In this document: positions 1 through 12,081 of the stretch, piece after piece | How the letters are laid out: each line of letters starts with the position of its first letter | How positions within the stretch are numbered: position 1 is the stretch's first letter | Assembly (NCBI RefSeq): GCF_009914755.1 | Contig: NC_060931.1 | Origin: the human T2T-CHM13v2.0 reference genome, Homo sapiens | Strand: one strand, 5' to 3' | Length of the DNA stretch: 64,000 bases | Translations under genes and position numbers: made by a program | Notes under the pieces: model-generated | Databases searched by the model: none | Told to the model about the DNA's origin: nothing | Seen by the model: the letters and a program-made list of their open reading frames with translations, nothing else

Positions 1-231
1 CATCCCACTCCTGGGCAGAAAACTTTCAGAGCTGGTTCAGAGAAATGCTCCAGCTGTTGAGGACTTGGCTGCCTGTGTCTCTGAGTCAAGAAGTCATGAA
101 GCAGAGCACCCAACTGCCTGTGATTGACATGTAATAAGAGTGAGAAAAACACTGTATTGTTTTAACCCACTAAGAGATACTGGAGGTGTTAATGACTCCA
201 GCATCAATATAGTCTAGTCTATACTAACTCA
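1..231 (+). mobile_element. MLT1 (MLT1I/J-like) MaLR 5' LTR, 3' part, truncated by window edge
   Basis: Typical MLT1 3' end (ttgttttaacccactaagaga...gcatcaatatag...ctaactca) followed directly by the MaLR internal start gaaaacggtacc. Resembles the LTR at 2678-3806. Confidence 0.7.
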
Positions 232-245
232 AAGAAAACGGTACC

Positions 246-710
246 TGTCTTAGTTTCGAGGACTAGCATAACAAAGTTCCACGAACCGGGCAGTTTACAC
301 AGCAGAAATTTTATTCTTTCACAGTTGTGAAGGGTAGAAGTACAAGACAAGATGTTAGCAGGGTTGGTTCCATCTGAAGGTAGTGAGAGATAATCTGTTC
401 CAGGACTCCTCCGTAGGTTCTGTGGATTGCTGGAAATCTTTGACTTTCCTAGACATCTACTGTATGATTCAACCTGCCTTCATTTTCATATGGAATTTTC
501 CCTGCGTGCCTGTCTATGTCCAAATATCACCTTTTAATAAGAACACCAGTCATATCAGATTAGGGATCAGTATGGCATCATCTTTATTTCACTAATTAAG
601 CTCGCAATGATTCTATTTTTAAATAGAATCTAACTCCTAGTGCATTTTAAGGCACTGTGGGTTAGGCCTTTAACATATGAATTTTGGGTGGACATAATTC
701 AATCATAACT
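246..710 (-). mobile_element. MLT1C-like solo LTR
   Basis: tgtcttagttt...aattcaatcataact, 465 bp. 5-bp TSD gtacc (241-245)/atacc (711-715). Confidence 0.8.
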
Positions 711-1191
711 ATACCTAAAGTTTGGCATAATACAAACTCAAAATGTATGGACACATTGTTGCATAATAGGTAGAAATTAAATGGTTGACCAAGGCTGGAA
801 TTTGGTGATCCAGTAACTGTAGTGAAATATCTCATAAACTTTCCATCTCTGGTAACTTGCGAGGTGGAGAGTATTGGAAAACAGAGTATTAGTGGGTTGC
901 TGCTGTATTTGGCAAAGCATACTGAAAGGAAAGGAAGGAGTTCAGCAAAGAACTGAATATTTTGCAAACAAGAATGAAAGGAAATAGAAAGAGTCCACAC
1001 ATTTAGGGGCCTGTAGTGTTATAAAAAGAATAACGTCTCACCTTGAACATTACCAGTGATATTTTAAAATATTCACATAAAAATAGTATTTAAATCTTAG
1101 CTTTGTAGCACGCATTAAATAAAAGCTATGTCTGTTAAACCCAGTTAAAAATACCTCTGAACAAATGTCTCAGAGTAAAAATTTAATCAAG

Positions 1192-1481
1192 GGCCAGGTG
1201 TGGTGGCTCATGCCTGTAATCCCAGCACTTTGGGAGGCTGAGGCCAGTGGATCACCTGAAGTTAGGAGTTCGAGACTAGTCTGGACAACATGGTGAAACC
1301 CCATCTCTACCAAAAACACAAAAATTAGCCAGGCATGGTGGCACACACCTGTAATCCCAGCTACTCGGGAGGCTGAGGCAGGAGAATTGCTAGAATCCGG
1401 AGGCAGAGGTTGCAGTGAGCCAAACCATGATACTGCACTCCAGCCTGGCAACAGTGCCAGACTCCATCTAATTAAAAAAAA
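1192..1481 (+). mobile_element. AluS (Sx/Sz-like)
   Basis: GGCCAGGTGTGGTGGCTCATGCCTGTAATCCCAGC start, dimeric structure, A-rich tail. Confidence 0.95.
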
Positions 1482-1681
1482 TAATAATTAAAATGTAGCA
1501 TCCAATAAATTCTTTCAATTTCATCCAGCAGCTCAGAGAAAAGTGTCTAAATGTATAGCTTTTCTACTAAACCTAATAAGCTCAAGCTACATGAGACAGT
1601 AATCAAATCGAAAGACAGAGTGGTTGGAAAAATAGCAAAGACACTTGGTAACTCTGAGAGCTATGTCTGAAAAACGGGGAT

Positions 1682-1982
1682 GAGCCAGGCATGGTGGTGA
1701 ACACCTGTAATCTCAGCACTTTAGGAGGCTGGGGCTGGAGGATCACTTGAACCTAGGAGATCAGCCTGGGCAACAAATTGAGAGGCTGTCTTAATAAAAA
1801 AAATCAAAAAATCAGCCAGGTATGGTGGTGAGAATCTGTGGTCTCAGCTACATGGGGGTGCTGAGGCAGGAGGATCCCTTGAGTCCAGGAGATCGAAGCT
1901 GCACTGAACTGTGATTGAGCTACTGTACTCCAGCCTGGGTGACAAAGCAGCACCCCGTCTCAAAAATAAACAAACAAAAAAA
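1682..1982 (+). mobile_element. AluJ (Jo/Jr-like)
   Basis: Diverged dimeric Alu with J diagnostics (ggaggatcacttga, cctgggcaac, ggaggatcccttgagtccaggag). Degenerate TSD aaaa.gggat. Confidence 0.9.
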
Positions 1983-2677
1983 GGGATTAAAATAAAATAA
2001 AAGAGGAGTAGATATGGCTACTGGTATATAGAAATCACACAGAGAAGGTGCCTATTAAGTATTTGAGATAACTGTACTGCCAAAATAATCACAAAATTTG
2101 TCAAGATTGGTTATTAGAGACCTAAACTGACCCATAGGGTGCCCCACATACCTAGGGGCAGAAAGTGAACTGAGGAGAACTCTCAGGTTTCAGCAAGGGC
2201 ATGTGTCCCAAGGGCCACATTCAGTGGGGTTGAGGAGATTGTAAAAGGGAGAATCTTCCAGATGGCAGAGCAAACAGCCATGAAGAAAAGTAGACAAAGA
2301 AGGTATCCACAGGAACAAGAATCAGAGCCTGTGAAGGGAACATTCCCTGTCCCCCCAAGTAACAGGCCCTCAAAATACATGTCCAAGGGAAATTCAAATT
2401 GCTGTATCCCAGGATATCTTTATGTGGCTTCCGTTCTTCCCTTTGTACACTGGGCATGTGTGTTGAGGTTACTGCAATCTTGTTCTGCCATTACAAATTG
2501 AGCATGCGGTGAGGAGGCAAGGAATTTGCCTTTTTAATTCTTATGTCATTCTTTCTTTTCTCCCAGAAATCCTGGGATTTATGCATAGTGCTTTATGGAT
2601 GGGATCTTGGGGTTGTTTTTCTTGGGAAGAGGGTGAGTGTGTTTTGTGTGTACAAACAATGAGCTGGAACGACAGAC

Positions 2678-3806
2678 TATGGCTGTCATTGGTGCTGGAA
2701 TTTCTCTTCCAGACTCATGATCAGGATGTAGTCTCTTGCTTCCGTGAAGTTAGGCAAGCTGGGGCCCCTGTGTCTTGCTATCATGGGGGAAATGTGAGAA
2801 ACAATGATATTTATCACCTCTAAGTGGAAATATTTCAAAGCTAGTGCTTGTGTGATTTGCCACGTTCTCTTTTCTCTGCTATAGCAACCGGCAACATGCC
2901 AAATACTGGGGGCTTTGCTGTTCACATCTCTGAGTCAATATGATATGGAGCAAAAGCCACAGCTAAGCTGAAATAGACATGTAGCATAAGAAAAAAATAA
3001 ATCTTTCCCATTTGTCATGAGTGGTGCAAAGTTAGAGATAACCAGGTCCACGCATGTTTGTGTCTTTCCACAATGTCAAGCTTTTACTGATTGTGATTCA
3101 ATCACAAAAGCCATGAGCCACATGGAGTTCCCAAGGAAGCAGTTCTCCTTGTTACATCTCATTTACTCAGCAGTCAGAAGTGTGGGCACACAGGTTCAAG
3201 ATGCTCCACAAGTTAGTCAATATTACAAACCATACATAATAATATGCTGAATCAATATATAAATGTTAGGGATTAAGCATTCCACAACAAGCAAAGTAAC
3301 ATTTAGCATCAAGAGAAAGAGAGATAGGAGAGAGTGTTAACGAACTAGCCCAGGGGGAAGGAAGAAGACAAAAGGAGTCCTGGTCTGGGCCTGATGGTCC
3401 AGCCCCTGGGTCTTGCGAGGAAGAGTCTTTGAGGTGGCACAGCCTTCAGTGACAGATGCCAAGTTCTTATCACAGGTGACAGAGGGACATTTATCAGTTG
3501 GGGGGAATGTTTAGAGCTGCTGACAGCTTGTTCTTTTATAGCCAAAGACTCCTCCGGTGAGAACTGATAGTGGAAGAGTACGCTTGTTTGTGTTTTTATC
3601 TGGTTGGAGGTAGTAATTTTTTTGTTGTTGTTTATTAAACAAACCATCTTATGCTTGTTGGTAAAGTCAACTGGGAAATATAAAATGGAGTCCTTTTCTA
3701 AGATGCAATTACTTTTGTCTAGTGTGCTCTATACACTATTCCAGCCCACTGAGATTTGGGACTTGTTTGTATTTGCAGCAATACTTTACACATTCTGATG
3801 AATACA
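2678..3806 (+). mobile_element. MLT1 (MLT1I/J-like) 3' LTR, split by an inserted LTR
   Basis: t(a/g)tggctgtcattggtgc start, aataaatctttc, then resumes at 3741 ccagcccactgagatttggg...gaataca. About 400 bp once the insert is removed. Confidence 0.7.
3013..3735 (-). mobile_element. Solo ERV LTR (probably ERVL class; subfamily not assigned)
   Basis: TG...CA termini with 5-bp TSD ccatt (3008-3012)/ctatt (3736-3740). Inserted into the MLT1 3' LTR. Confidence 0.7.
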
Positions 3807-4558
3807 ATGATTCACTATTGTATTTTGAAAATAAGGAAGATGTAGTTGAAAATTTGAAAGAAAACAGATTGACTCAAATGTTATTAGAGTTCGGAAAATA
3901 AAATAAATTAGTAGAATAAAGAAAAGAAATAAGAAAATGGAATTCTAACATATTGGGGGTATAAATAGGTTGAATTTATCAGAAAAAAAATTGCCTAATA
4001 TAATATTAAATAAATGGTAATGATGACATGAAAAAGTGTAAACATTAAGGTATAGACAGTTCCAAAAGAACTTAAAAAGAAAAAATGTTCTAAAAAAAGT
4101 TCTAAGGATTCAAGATGGCCAAATAGGCACAGGTCTGCAGCTCCCAGCAAGATCCTCGCAGAAGGCAGGTGATTTCTGCATTTCCAACTGAGGTACCTGG
4201 TTCATCTCACTCGGACTGGTTGGACAGTGGGTGCAGCCCATGGAGGGCCAGCCAAAGCAGGGCAGGGCATTGCCTCACCCAGGAAATGCAAGGGGTTGGG
4301 GAATTTTCTCCCCTACCCAAGGGAAGCCGTGAGGGTCTGAGCCTGAAGAACTCTGGCACAGGTACTGCGCTTGTCCCAGCATATTCGCAACCCACAAACC
4401 AGGAGATTCCCTCTGGTGCCTACCCCACCAGGGCCCTGGGTTTCAAGCACAAAACTGGGTGGCTAATTGGGCAGATATCCAACTAGCAGCTGCAGGAGCT
4501 CTTTTTTTTTTTTTTCCATACCCCAGTGGTGCCTGGAATGCCAGTGAGACAGAACTGT

Positions 4559-4738
4559 TCACTTCCCTGGAAAGGGGTGCTGAAGCCAGGGAGCCAAGTG
4601 GTCTGGCTTGGTGGCTCCCACTCCCACGGAGCCCAGGAAACTAAGATCCACTGGCTTGAAATTCTCGCTGCCAGCACAGCAACAATCTGAGATCCACCTG
4701 GGATATTCGAGCTTGGTGGGGGTAGGGGCATCTGCCAT
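4559..4738 (-). CDS. LINE-1 ORF0 homologue (59 aa, antisense in L1 5'UTR); translation unproven
   Basis: ATG in GCAATGG context. MADAPTPTKLEYPRWISDCCCAG... aligns with the start of L1HS ORF0 (MAGAPPP...ISDCCAS...SVGVG). Confidence 0.6.
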   Translation of the reverse strand: MADAPTPTKLEYPRWISDCCCAGSENFKPVDLSFLGSVGVGATKPDHLAPWLQHPFPGK

Positions 4739-5357
4739 TGCTGAGGCTTGAGTAGGAGGTTTTATGGTCACAGTGTAAACAAAGCCTCTGGGAAGTTTGA
4801 ACTGGGTGGAGCCCACTGCTGCTCAGCAAGGCTGCTGTGGCCAGACTGCCAGCTTTCTCCTCTCTGGACAGGGCATCCCTGTAAAAAAGGCAGCAGCCCC
4901 AGTCAGGGGCTTATAGCAGACTTAAATGTCCCTGCCTGATGGCTCTGAAGAGAGCAGCAGACCTCCCAGCACAGCGTTCAAGCTCTGCTAAGGGTCAGAC
5001 TGCCTCCTCAAGTGGGTCCCTGATCCCTGTGTAGACTGACTGGGAGACAACTCCCAGTAGAGGCCGACAGACACTTCATATAGGAGAGCTCTGGCTGGCA
5101 TCCGGCAAGTGCCTCTCTGGGTTGAAGCTTCCAGAGGAAAGAACAGGCAGCAATCTTTGCTGCTCTGCAGCCTCCACTGGAGATACCCTGGCAAACAGGG
5201 TCGGGAGTGGACCTCCAGCAAACTCCAGCAGACTGGCAGCAGAGGGGCCTGACTGTTAGAAGGAAAAGAAACAAACAGAAAGCATTAGCACGTCCACTCA
5301 AAAACCCCATACAAAGGTCACCAACATCAAAGACCAAAGGTTGATAAATCCACAAAA

Positions 5358-6326
5358 ATGGGGAAAAAGCAGTGCAAAAAGGCTGAAAATTCCAAAAACA
5401 AGAACGCTTCTCCTCCTCCAAAGGATTACAACTCCTCACCAGAAAAGGAACAAAACTGGAGAGAGAATGAGTTTGGCGAACTGACAGAAGTAGGCTTCAG
5501 AAGGTGGGAAATAACAAACACCTCCGAGGTAAAGGAGCATACTCTAACCCAATGCAAGGAAGCTAAAAACCTTGGAAAAAAGGTTAGTCGAATTGGTGAC
5601 TAGAATAACCAAGGTAGAAAAGAACGTAAGTGACTTGATGGAGCTGAAAAACACAGTACAAGAATTTCGTGAAGAATACACAAGTATCAATAGCCGAATT
5701 AATCAAGTGGAAGAAAGGATATCAGTGATTGAAGATCAACTTAATGAAGTAAAGAAGAAGACAAGATTAGAGAAAAAAGAATAAAAAGAAGCGAACAAAG
5801 CCTTCAATAAATATGGGACTATATGAAAAGACCAAATCTACATTTGATTGGTGTACCTGAAAATGACAGGAGAATGGAACCAAGTTGGAAAACACTCTTC
5901 AGTATATTATCCAGGAGAACTTCACTAACCTAGCAAGACAGGTCAACACTCAAATTCAGGAAATACAGAGAACACCACAAAGATAATCCTTGAGAAGAGC
6001 AACCTCAAGACACATAATCGTCAGATTCACCAAGGTTGAAATGAAGGAAAAAACGTTAAGGGTAGCCAGAGAGAAAGGTCTAGTTACCCACGAAGGGAAG
6101 CCCATCAGACTAACGCGGATCTCTCTGCAGAAACCCTACAAGCCAGAAGAGAGTGGGGGCCCATATTCAACATTCTCAAAGAAAATAATTTTCAACCCAG
6201 AATTTCATATCCAGACAAATTAAGCATCATAAGTGAAGGAGAAATAAAATCCTTTACAGACAAGAAGCACTAAACATGGAAAGGAAGAGCCAGTACCAGC
6301 CACTGCAAAAACATACCAAATTGTAA
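5358..6326 (+). pseudogene. L1 ORF1p (RNA-binding chaperone), disrupted
   Basis: MGKKQCKKAENSKNKNAS..., RRATSRHIIVRFTKVEMKEK fragments. Frameshifts, stops and a deletion near 6264. Confidence 0.93.
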
Positions 6327-6389
6327 AGAACATCGACGCTGTGAAGAGACTGCATTAACTAACAGGCAAAACAACCAGCTAGCATCACA

Positions 6390-9300
6390 ATGACAGGATC
6401 AAATTCACACATAACACTATTAACCTTAAATGTAAACAGGCTAAATTCCCCAATTAAAAGACACAGACTGGCAAATTGGATAAAGAGTCAAGAACCATCA
6501 GTGTGCTGTATTCAGGATGCCAATCTCTCATGCAAAGATACACATAGGCTCAAAATAAAGGGATGGAGGAATATTTACCAAGCAAATGGGAAGAAAAAAA
6601 AAAGCAGGAGTTGCAATCCTACTCTCTGATAAAACAGACTTTAAACCAACAAAGAGCAAAAGAGACAAAGAAGGGCATTACATAACGGTAAAGGGATCAA
6701 TGCAGCAAGAAGAGCTAACTATCCTAAATACATATGCACCCAATACAGGAGGACACACATTCATAAAGCAAGTTCTTAGAGACCTACAAAGAGACTTAGA
6801 CTCCCAAACAATAATAGTGGGAGACATTAACACCCCACTGTCAATATTAGACAGATCAATGAGACAGAAAATTAACAAGGATATTCAGGACTTGAACTCA
6901 GCTCTGGACCAAGCAGACCTAATAGACATCTACAGAACTCTCAACCACAAATCAACAAAATATACATTCTTCTTAGCATCTCATTGCACTTATTCTAAAA
7001 TTGACTACATAATTGAAATAAAACACTCCTCAGCAAATGCAAAAGAGTGGAAATCATAACAAACAGTCTCTCAGACCACAGTGCAATCAAATTAGAACTC
7101 AGGATTAAGAAACTCACTCAAAACCGCACAACTACATGAAAACTGAACAACTTGCTCCTGAATGACTACTGGGTAAACAACAAAATGAAAGCAGAAATAA
7201 AGATGTTCTTTGAAACCAATGAGAATGAAGACAAAACGTACCAGAATCTCTGGGACACATTTAAAACAGTGTTTAGAGGGAAATTTATAGCACTAAATGC
7301 CCACAAGAGAAAGCAGGAAATATCTAAAATTGACATCATAACATCGAAATTAAAAGAACTAGAGGAGCAAGAGCAAACAAATTCAAAAGCTAGCAGAAGA
7401 CATGAAATAACTAAGATCAGAGCAGAACTGAAGGAGATAGAGACACGAAAAACCCTTCAAAAAAATCAATGAATTCAGGAGCTGTTTTTTTTTTCAAATT
7501 AACAAAATAGACCTCTAGCCAGACTAAAAAAGAAGAAAGAGAGAGGAATCAAATAGATGCAATAAAAAATGATATAGGGGATATCACCACTGATCCCACA
7601 GAAATACAAACTACCATCAGAGAATATTATAAACACCTCTATGCAAAAAAAAAACTAGAAAATCTAGAAGAAATAGAGAAATTCCTGGACACATACACCC
7701 TCCCAAGTCTAAGCCAGGAAGACGTTAAAAACCTGAATAAACCAATAACAAGTTCTGAAATTGAGGCAGTAATAAATAGCCTACCAACCAAAAAGAAGTC
7801 CAGGAGCAGACGGATTCACAGCCAAATTCTACCAGAGGTACAAAGAAGTGCTGGTACCATTCCTTCTGACACTATTCCAAACAATGGAAAAAGAGGGACT
7901 TCTCCCTAACTCATTTTATGAGGCCAGCATCATCCTGATACCAAAACCCGGCAGAGACACAACAAAAAAAGAAAATTGCAGGTCAATACCCCTGATGAAC
8001 ATAGATGCGAAAATCCTCAATAAAATACCGGCAAACCAAATCCAGCAGCACATCAAAAAGATTATCCACCACAATTAAGTCGGTTTCATCCCTGCGATGC
8101 AAGGCTGGTTCAACATATGCAAATCAATAAATGAAATTCATCACATAAACAGAACCAATGACAAAAACCACATGATTATCTCAATAGATGCAGAAAAGGC
8201 TTTCAATAAAATTCAACACCCCTTCATGCTAAAAGCTCTCAATAAACTAGGTATAGATGGAATGTATCTCAAAATAATAAGAGCTATTTATGACAAACCC
8301 ACAGCCAATATCATACTAAATAGGCAAAAACTGGAAGCATTCCCTTTGAAAGCTGTCACAGACAAGGATGCCTTCTCTCACCACTCCTACTCAACATAGT
8401 ACTTAAGTTCTGGCTAGGGCAATCAGCCCAGAGAAAGCAATAAATAGTATTCAAACAGGAAGAGAGGAAGTCAAATTGCCTCTGTTTGCCAATGACATGA
8501 TTGTATATTTAGAAAACCCCATCGTCTCAGCCCAAAATCTCCTTAAGCTGATAAGCAACCTCAGCAAAGTCTCAGGATACAAAATCAATGCACAAAAATC
8601 ACAAGCATTCCTATAAACAAATAACAGACAAACAGAGAGCCAAATCATGAGTGAACTCCCATTCACAATTGCTACAAAGAGAATAAAATACCTAGGAATC
8701 CAACTTACAAGGGATGTGAAGGACCTCTTCGAGGAGAACTACAAACCACTGCTCAAGGAAATAAGAGAGGACACAAGCAAATGGAAAAAACATTCCATGC
8801 TCATGGATAGGAAGAATCAATATCATGAAAATGGCCATATTTCCCAAAGTAATTTATAGATTCAATGCTATCCCCATCAAGCTACCAATGACTTTCTTCA
8901 CAGAATTGGAAAAAACTACTTTAAACTTCATATGCAACCAAAAAAGAGCCTGCATAGCCAAGACAATCCTGGGCAAGAATATAGCTGGAGGCACAACACT
9001 ACCTGACTTCAAACTATACTATAAGGCTACAGTAACCAAAACAGCATGGTACTGGTACCAAAACAGAGATATAGACCAATGGAACAGAACGGAGGACTCA
9101 GAAATAACACCACACATCTACAACCATCTGATCTTTGCCAAGCCTGACACACACAAGCAATGGGGAAAAGATTCCCTATTTAATAAATTATGCTGGGAAA
9201 ACTGGCTGGCCATATGCAGAAAGCTAAAACTGGACCCCTTCCTTACATCTTATACAAAAATCAACTCAAGATGAATCAAAGACTTAAACATAAGACCTAG

Positions 9301-10115
9301 GACCACAAAAAACCTAGAAGAAAACCTGTGCAATACCATTCAGGATATAGGCATGGGCAAAGACTTCATGTCTAAAACACCAAAAGCAATGGCAACAAAA
9401 GCCAAAATTGACAAATGGGATCTAATTAAACTAAAGAGCTTCTGCACAGAAAAAGAAACTATCATCAGAGTGAACAGGCAACCTACAGAATAAGAGAAAA
9501 TTTTTGCAATCTAACCATCTGACAAAGGGCTAATATCCAGAATATACAAAGAACCTAAACAAATTTACAAGAAAAAAGCAAACAACCACATCAAAAAATG
9601 GGCAAAGGATATGGACAGACACTTCTCAAAAGAAGACATTTATGCAGCCAACAGACATATGAAAAAATGCTCATCATCACTGGTCATTAGAAAAATGAAA
9701 ATCAAAACCACAATGAGATACCACCTCATGCCAGTTAGAGTAACAATCATTAAAAAGTCAGGAAACAACAGATGCTAGAGAGGTTGTGGAGAAATAGGAA
9801 TGCTTTTGCACTGTTGTTGGGAGTGTAAATAAATTCAACCATTGTGGATGACAGTGGCGATTCCTCAAGGATCTAGAACTTGAAATACCATTTGACCCAG
9901 CAAAGACTTGGAACCAACCCAAATGTCCATCTATGATAGATTGGATAAAGAAAATGTGGCACATATACACCATGGAATACTATGCATCCACAAAAGAGGA
10001 TGAGTTCATGTCCTTTGCAGGGACATGGATAAAGCTGGAAACCATCATTCTGAGCAAACTATCACAAGATCAGAAAACCGAACACCACATGTTTTCACTC
10101 ATATGTAGGAGTTGA
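6390..10115 (+). pseudogene. L1 ORF2p (endonuclease/reverse transcriptase), disrupted
   Basis: MTGSNSHITLLTLNVN..., [30 protein letters not shown] fragments. Many frameshifts and stops; catalytic FADD reads FAND (8485-8496). Confidence 0.95.
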
Positions 10116-10405
10116 ACAATGAGAACACATGGACACGGTGGGGGGAACATCACACACTGGGGCCTGTTGTGGGGTGGGGGGCTAATCATTAGGAGAAATA
10201 CCAAATGTAGGTGACTGGTTGAGGGGTGCAGCAAATCACCATGGCATATGTATACCAATGGAACAAAACTGCACTTTCTGCACATGTAACCCAGAACTTA
10301 AAGTATAATAATAAAAAAAAATTCTAAAAAGTTCTAAAAGTTTGGGGTTTTGAATGAACCCCAAACTATGTGGAAACCAATATTTCAACATAGAAATGTA
10401 AGATA

Positions 10406-11060
10406 CAGTTGATTTTCATTATTAACAGTAGTTTTATTTTGTGAAATTGCTGCAAACACTGAATTAGATGATAGCGCCCTGCTGCTCCTAGGGAAAAGAA
10501 GGCTTGGGTTCCTGTAAGGCTCTGCTCACAACATTTTAATAATCTGATTAATACATGACCTTGTTTTATGTTGTTTTACGTGTGTTCTGCTTAAAGATAC
10601 CTTGTTTAATATCTGTTATTGATTAATAATAATTGAACTAAGGGCTGACAGCTCGATAATTCATAGTTGAAAGCTTATCTAACACAAGTATTTTCTCCCT
10701 ACAGAGCATCATAGCTTTCTCGTGGGATGAGACTCCAGGCAGCACTTGAGCACTATGTTCAGGCCCATGTTAAGCAGCACAAATCACCAACAAAAAAAAT
10801 ACAAAAATGCAAAAGACACTAAACTAACAAGACCTTGAAGAGAACCTGTGCTAACAGTATGAGCTAATAAAGAAGGCAGAGAATCCACTTCTTCACCTCA
10901 GTTTGGAACAGAAGCAGCGGTGATGCAGACTTTCTCACTGCTCTGCCCTGTCTGCAAATGACCATAAAAGTACTGGGAATACTTATCTGAGGGTTACAAA
11001 TACATTTTAGCGAGTAGGTAAATCTTGAATACTGAATCCAGGAATAATGAAGGTCGACTG
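10406..11060 (-). mobile_element. MER82 (TcMar-Tigger non-autonomous DNA transposon), full length
   Basis: TIRs cagttgattttcattatt / aataatgaaggtcgactg, TA on both sides, ~655 bp. Interior matches the recalled MER82 consensus. Confidence 0.88.
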
Positions 11061-11442
11061 TAAGTGGAAAAAGATAGTCTGGTCTTTCTGTTTTTATCTA
11101 CCACATCAAGCCTGTCCACCCAAGAGTGACAGAGATATTGGTGTCTGTTTCCTACAGAATGTTCCCAGCAATTACATATTCAGTGCTGCCCACAGGCATG
11201 GTACTACATGTGCGACAAGGGACAGCCCTTCGAGGGAGGTGTTGTGCTGCCGATTTCCCTTCTGCTCTTCCTGCTCCTACTTCTCTCTGGGCTTCTTCAA
11301 TATTACATTTCTCCCCATCCCCAAATATCCCAAGATTCCTTTTACCTCCACCTCCAGCCATCAAGCCAGCTTTTTTCTACCTGTGGAACACTATTCTTGC
11401 CAGGCTAATTGCAGTTTATTCTTCAGGTTTAATTCGCATATA

Positions 11443-11665
11443 CAGTAGGTTCCTCAATAACATTGTATTGTTTAATGTCATTTTGTTATAATATTGATGG
11501 AAAAAAAAAGTTGATTCCAGTCCTGGGTCACTGTCTGTGTGGGGTTTACATGTTCTCCCCACATCTGTGTGGGCTTCCTTCAGGAATCCAGTTTCTTTCC
11601 TCATCCCAGAGTTATGCACATTGGGTGAATTGGCATGTCTAAGGTCTCCCAGAGTAAGTGACTAT

Positions 11666-11706
<41 letters not shown>

Positions 11707-12081
11707 CGTGCACGCGCGCGCCTTGCAATGGAATGGGGTCCTGTTCAGGGCTGGTTTCTGCCTTGTCTTCTTAGCTGATGGGAGATGCCTCAGCCACCTG
11801 CAACACTGAACTGTAATAATTGAATCAATAATTATCTGACTTGTTTCTATTGATCTTTCTTAAATGTATGTAGCACTCACATTTATTTTAATATTTAATA
11901 TTAGAAGTATTTTAATCTTTATTTAGAAGTTTGGTGATTTTTGTGAGCAGAAATACATCATAGGAACTTAACCCTTGTTTACATCAATGAGCCTATGGTA
12001 AGATCCGTTTCATTACACATCATTTTGCTTGAAGTCACACTTTCTGAGAACCCACCAACAATGATAAGGGAGGACCTCCTG
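11443..12081 (+). mobile_element. MER6A (TcMar-Tigger MITE)
   Basis: TIRs cagtaggttcctc / gaggacctcctg with TA flanks. Internal core tgtgtggggtttacatgttctcccc and (TG)n typical of MER6. Confidence 0.85.
11668..11721. repeat. (TG)n/(CG)n alternating purine-pyrimidine tract
   Basis: ~54 bp of unbroken RY alternation ending cacgcgcgcgc. Confidence 0.95.

Larger units (their letters stand above)
232..2677 (+). mobile_element. MLT1-int (MaLR internal region), interrupted by MLT1C and two Alus
   Basis: Starts like MaLR-int (gaaaacggtacc...aaaatgtatgg). Contains the ctggtaacttgcgagg block and ends ...ggtgagtgtgttttgtgtg...gacagac just before the second LTR. Confidence 0.65.
4106..10321 (+). mobile_element. 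Full-length LINE-1, L1PA7/L1PA8-like, inactive
   Basis: ~1.25-kb 5'UTR with YY1 box CAAGATGGCC (4111-4120), ORF1, ORF2, 3'UTR and poly(A). TSD TTCTAAAAA(AA)GTTCTAA at 4088-4105 and 10322-10337. Confidence 0.97.

Noticed and set aside
1170-1451. 93-aa ORF (and similar ORFs at 18943-19308, 42225-42413, 45056-45334, 55725-56009, 56448-56793)
   Set aside because: These are translations of Alu sequence ([16 protein letters not shown] motifs), not genes.
4106-10321. Possibility of an active, retrotransposition-competent L1
   Set aside because: Both ORFs are broken many times, RT FADD reads FAND, there are internal deletions, and the 5'UTR is CpG-depleted.
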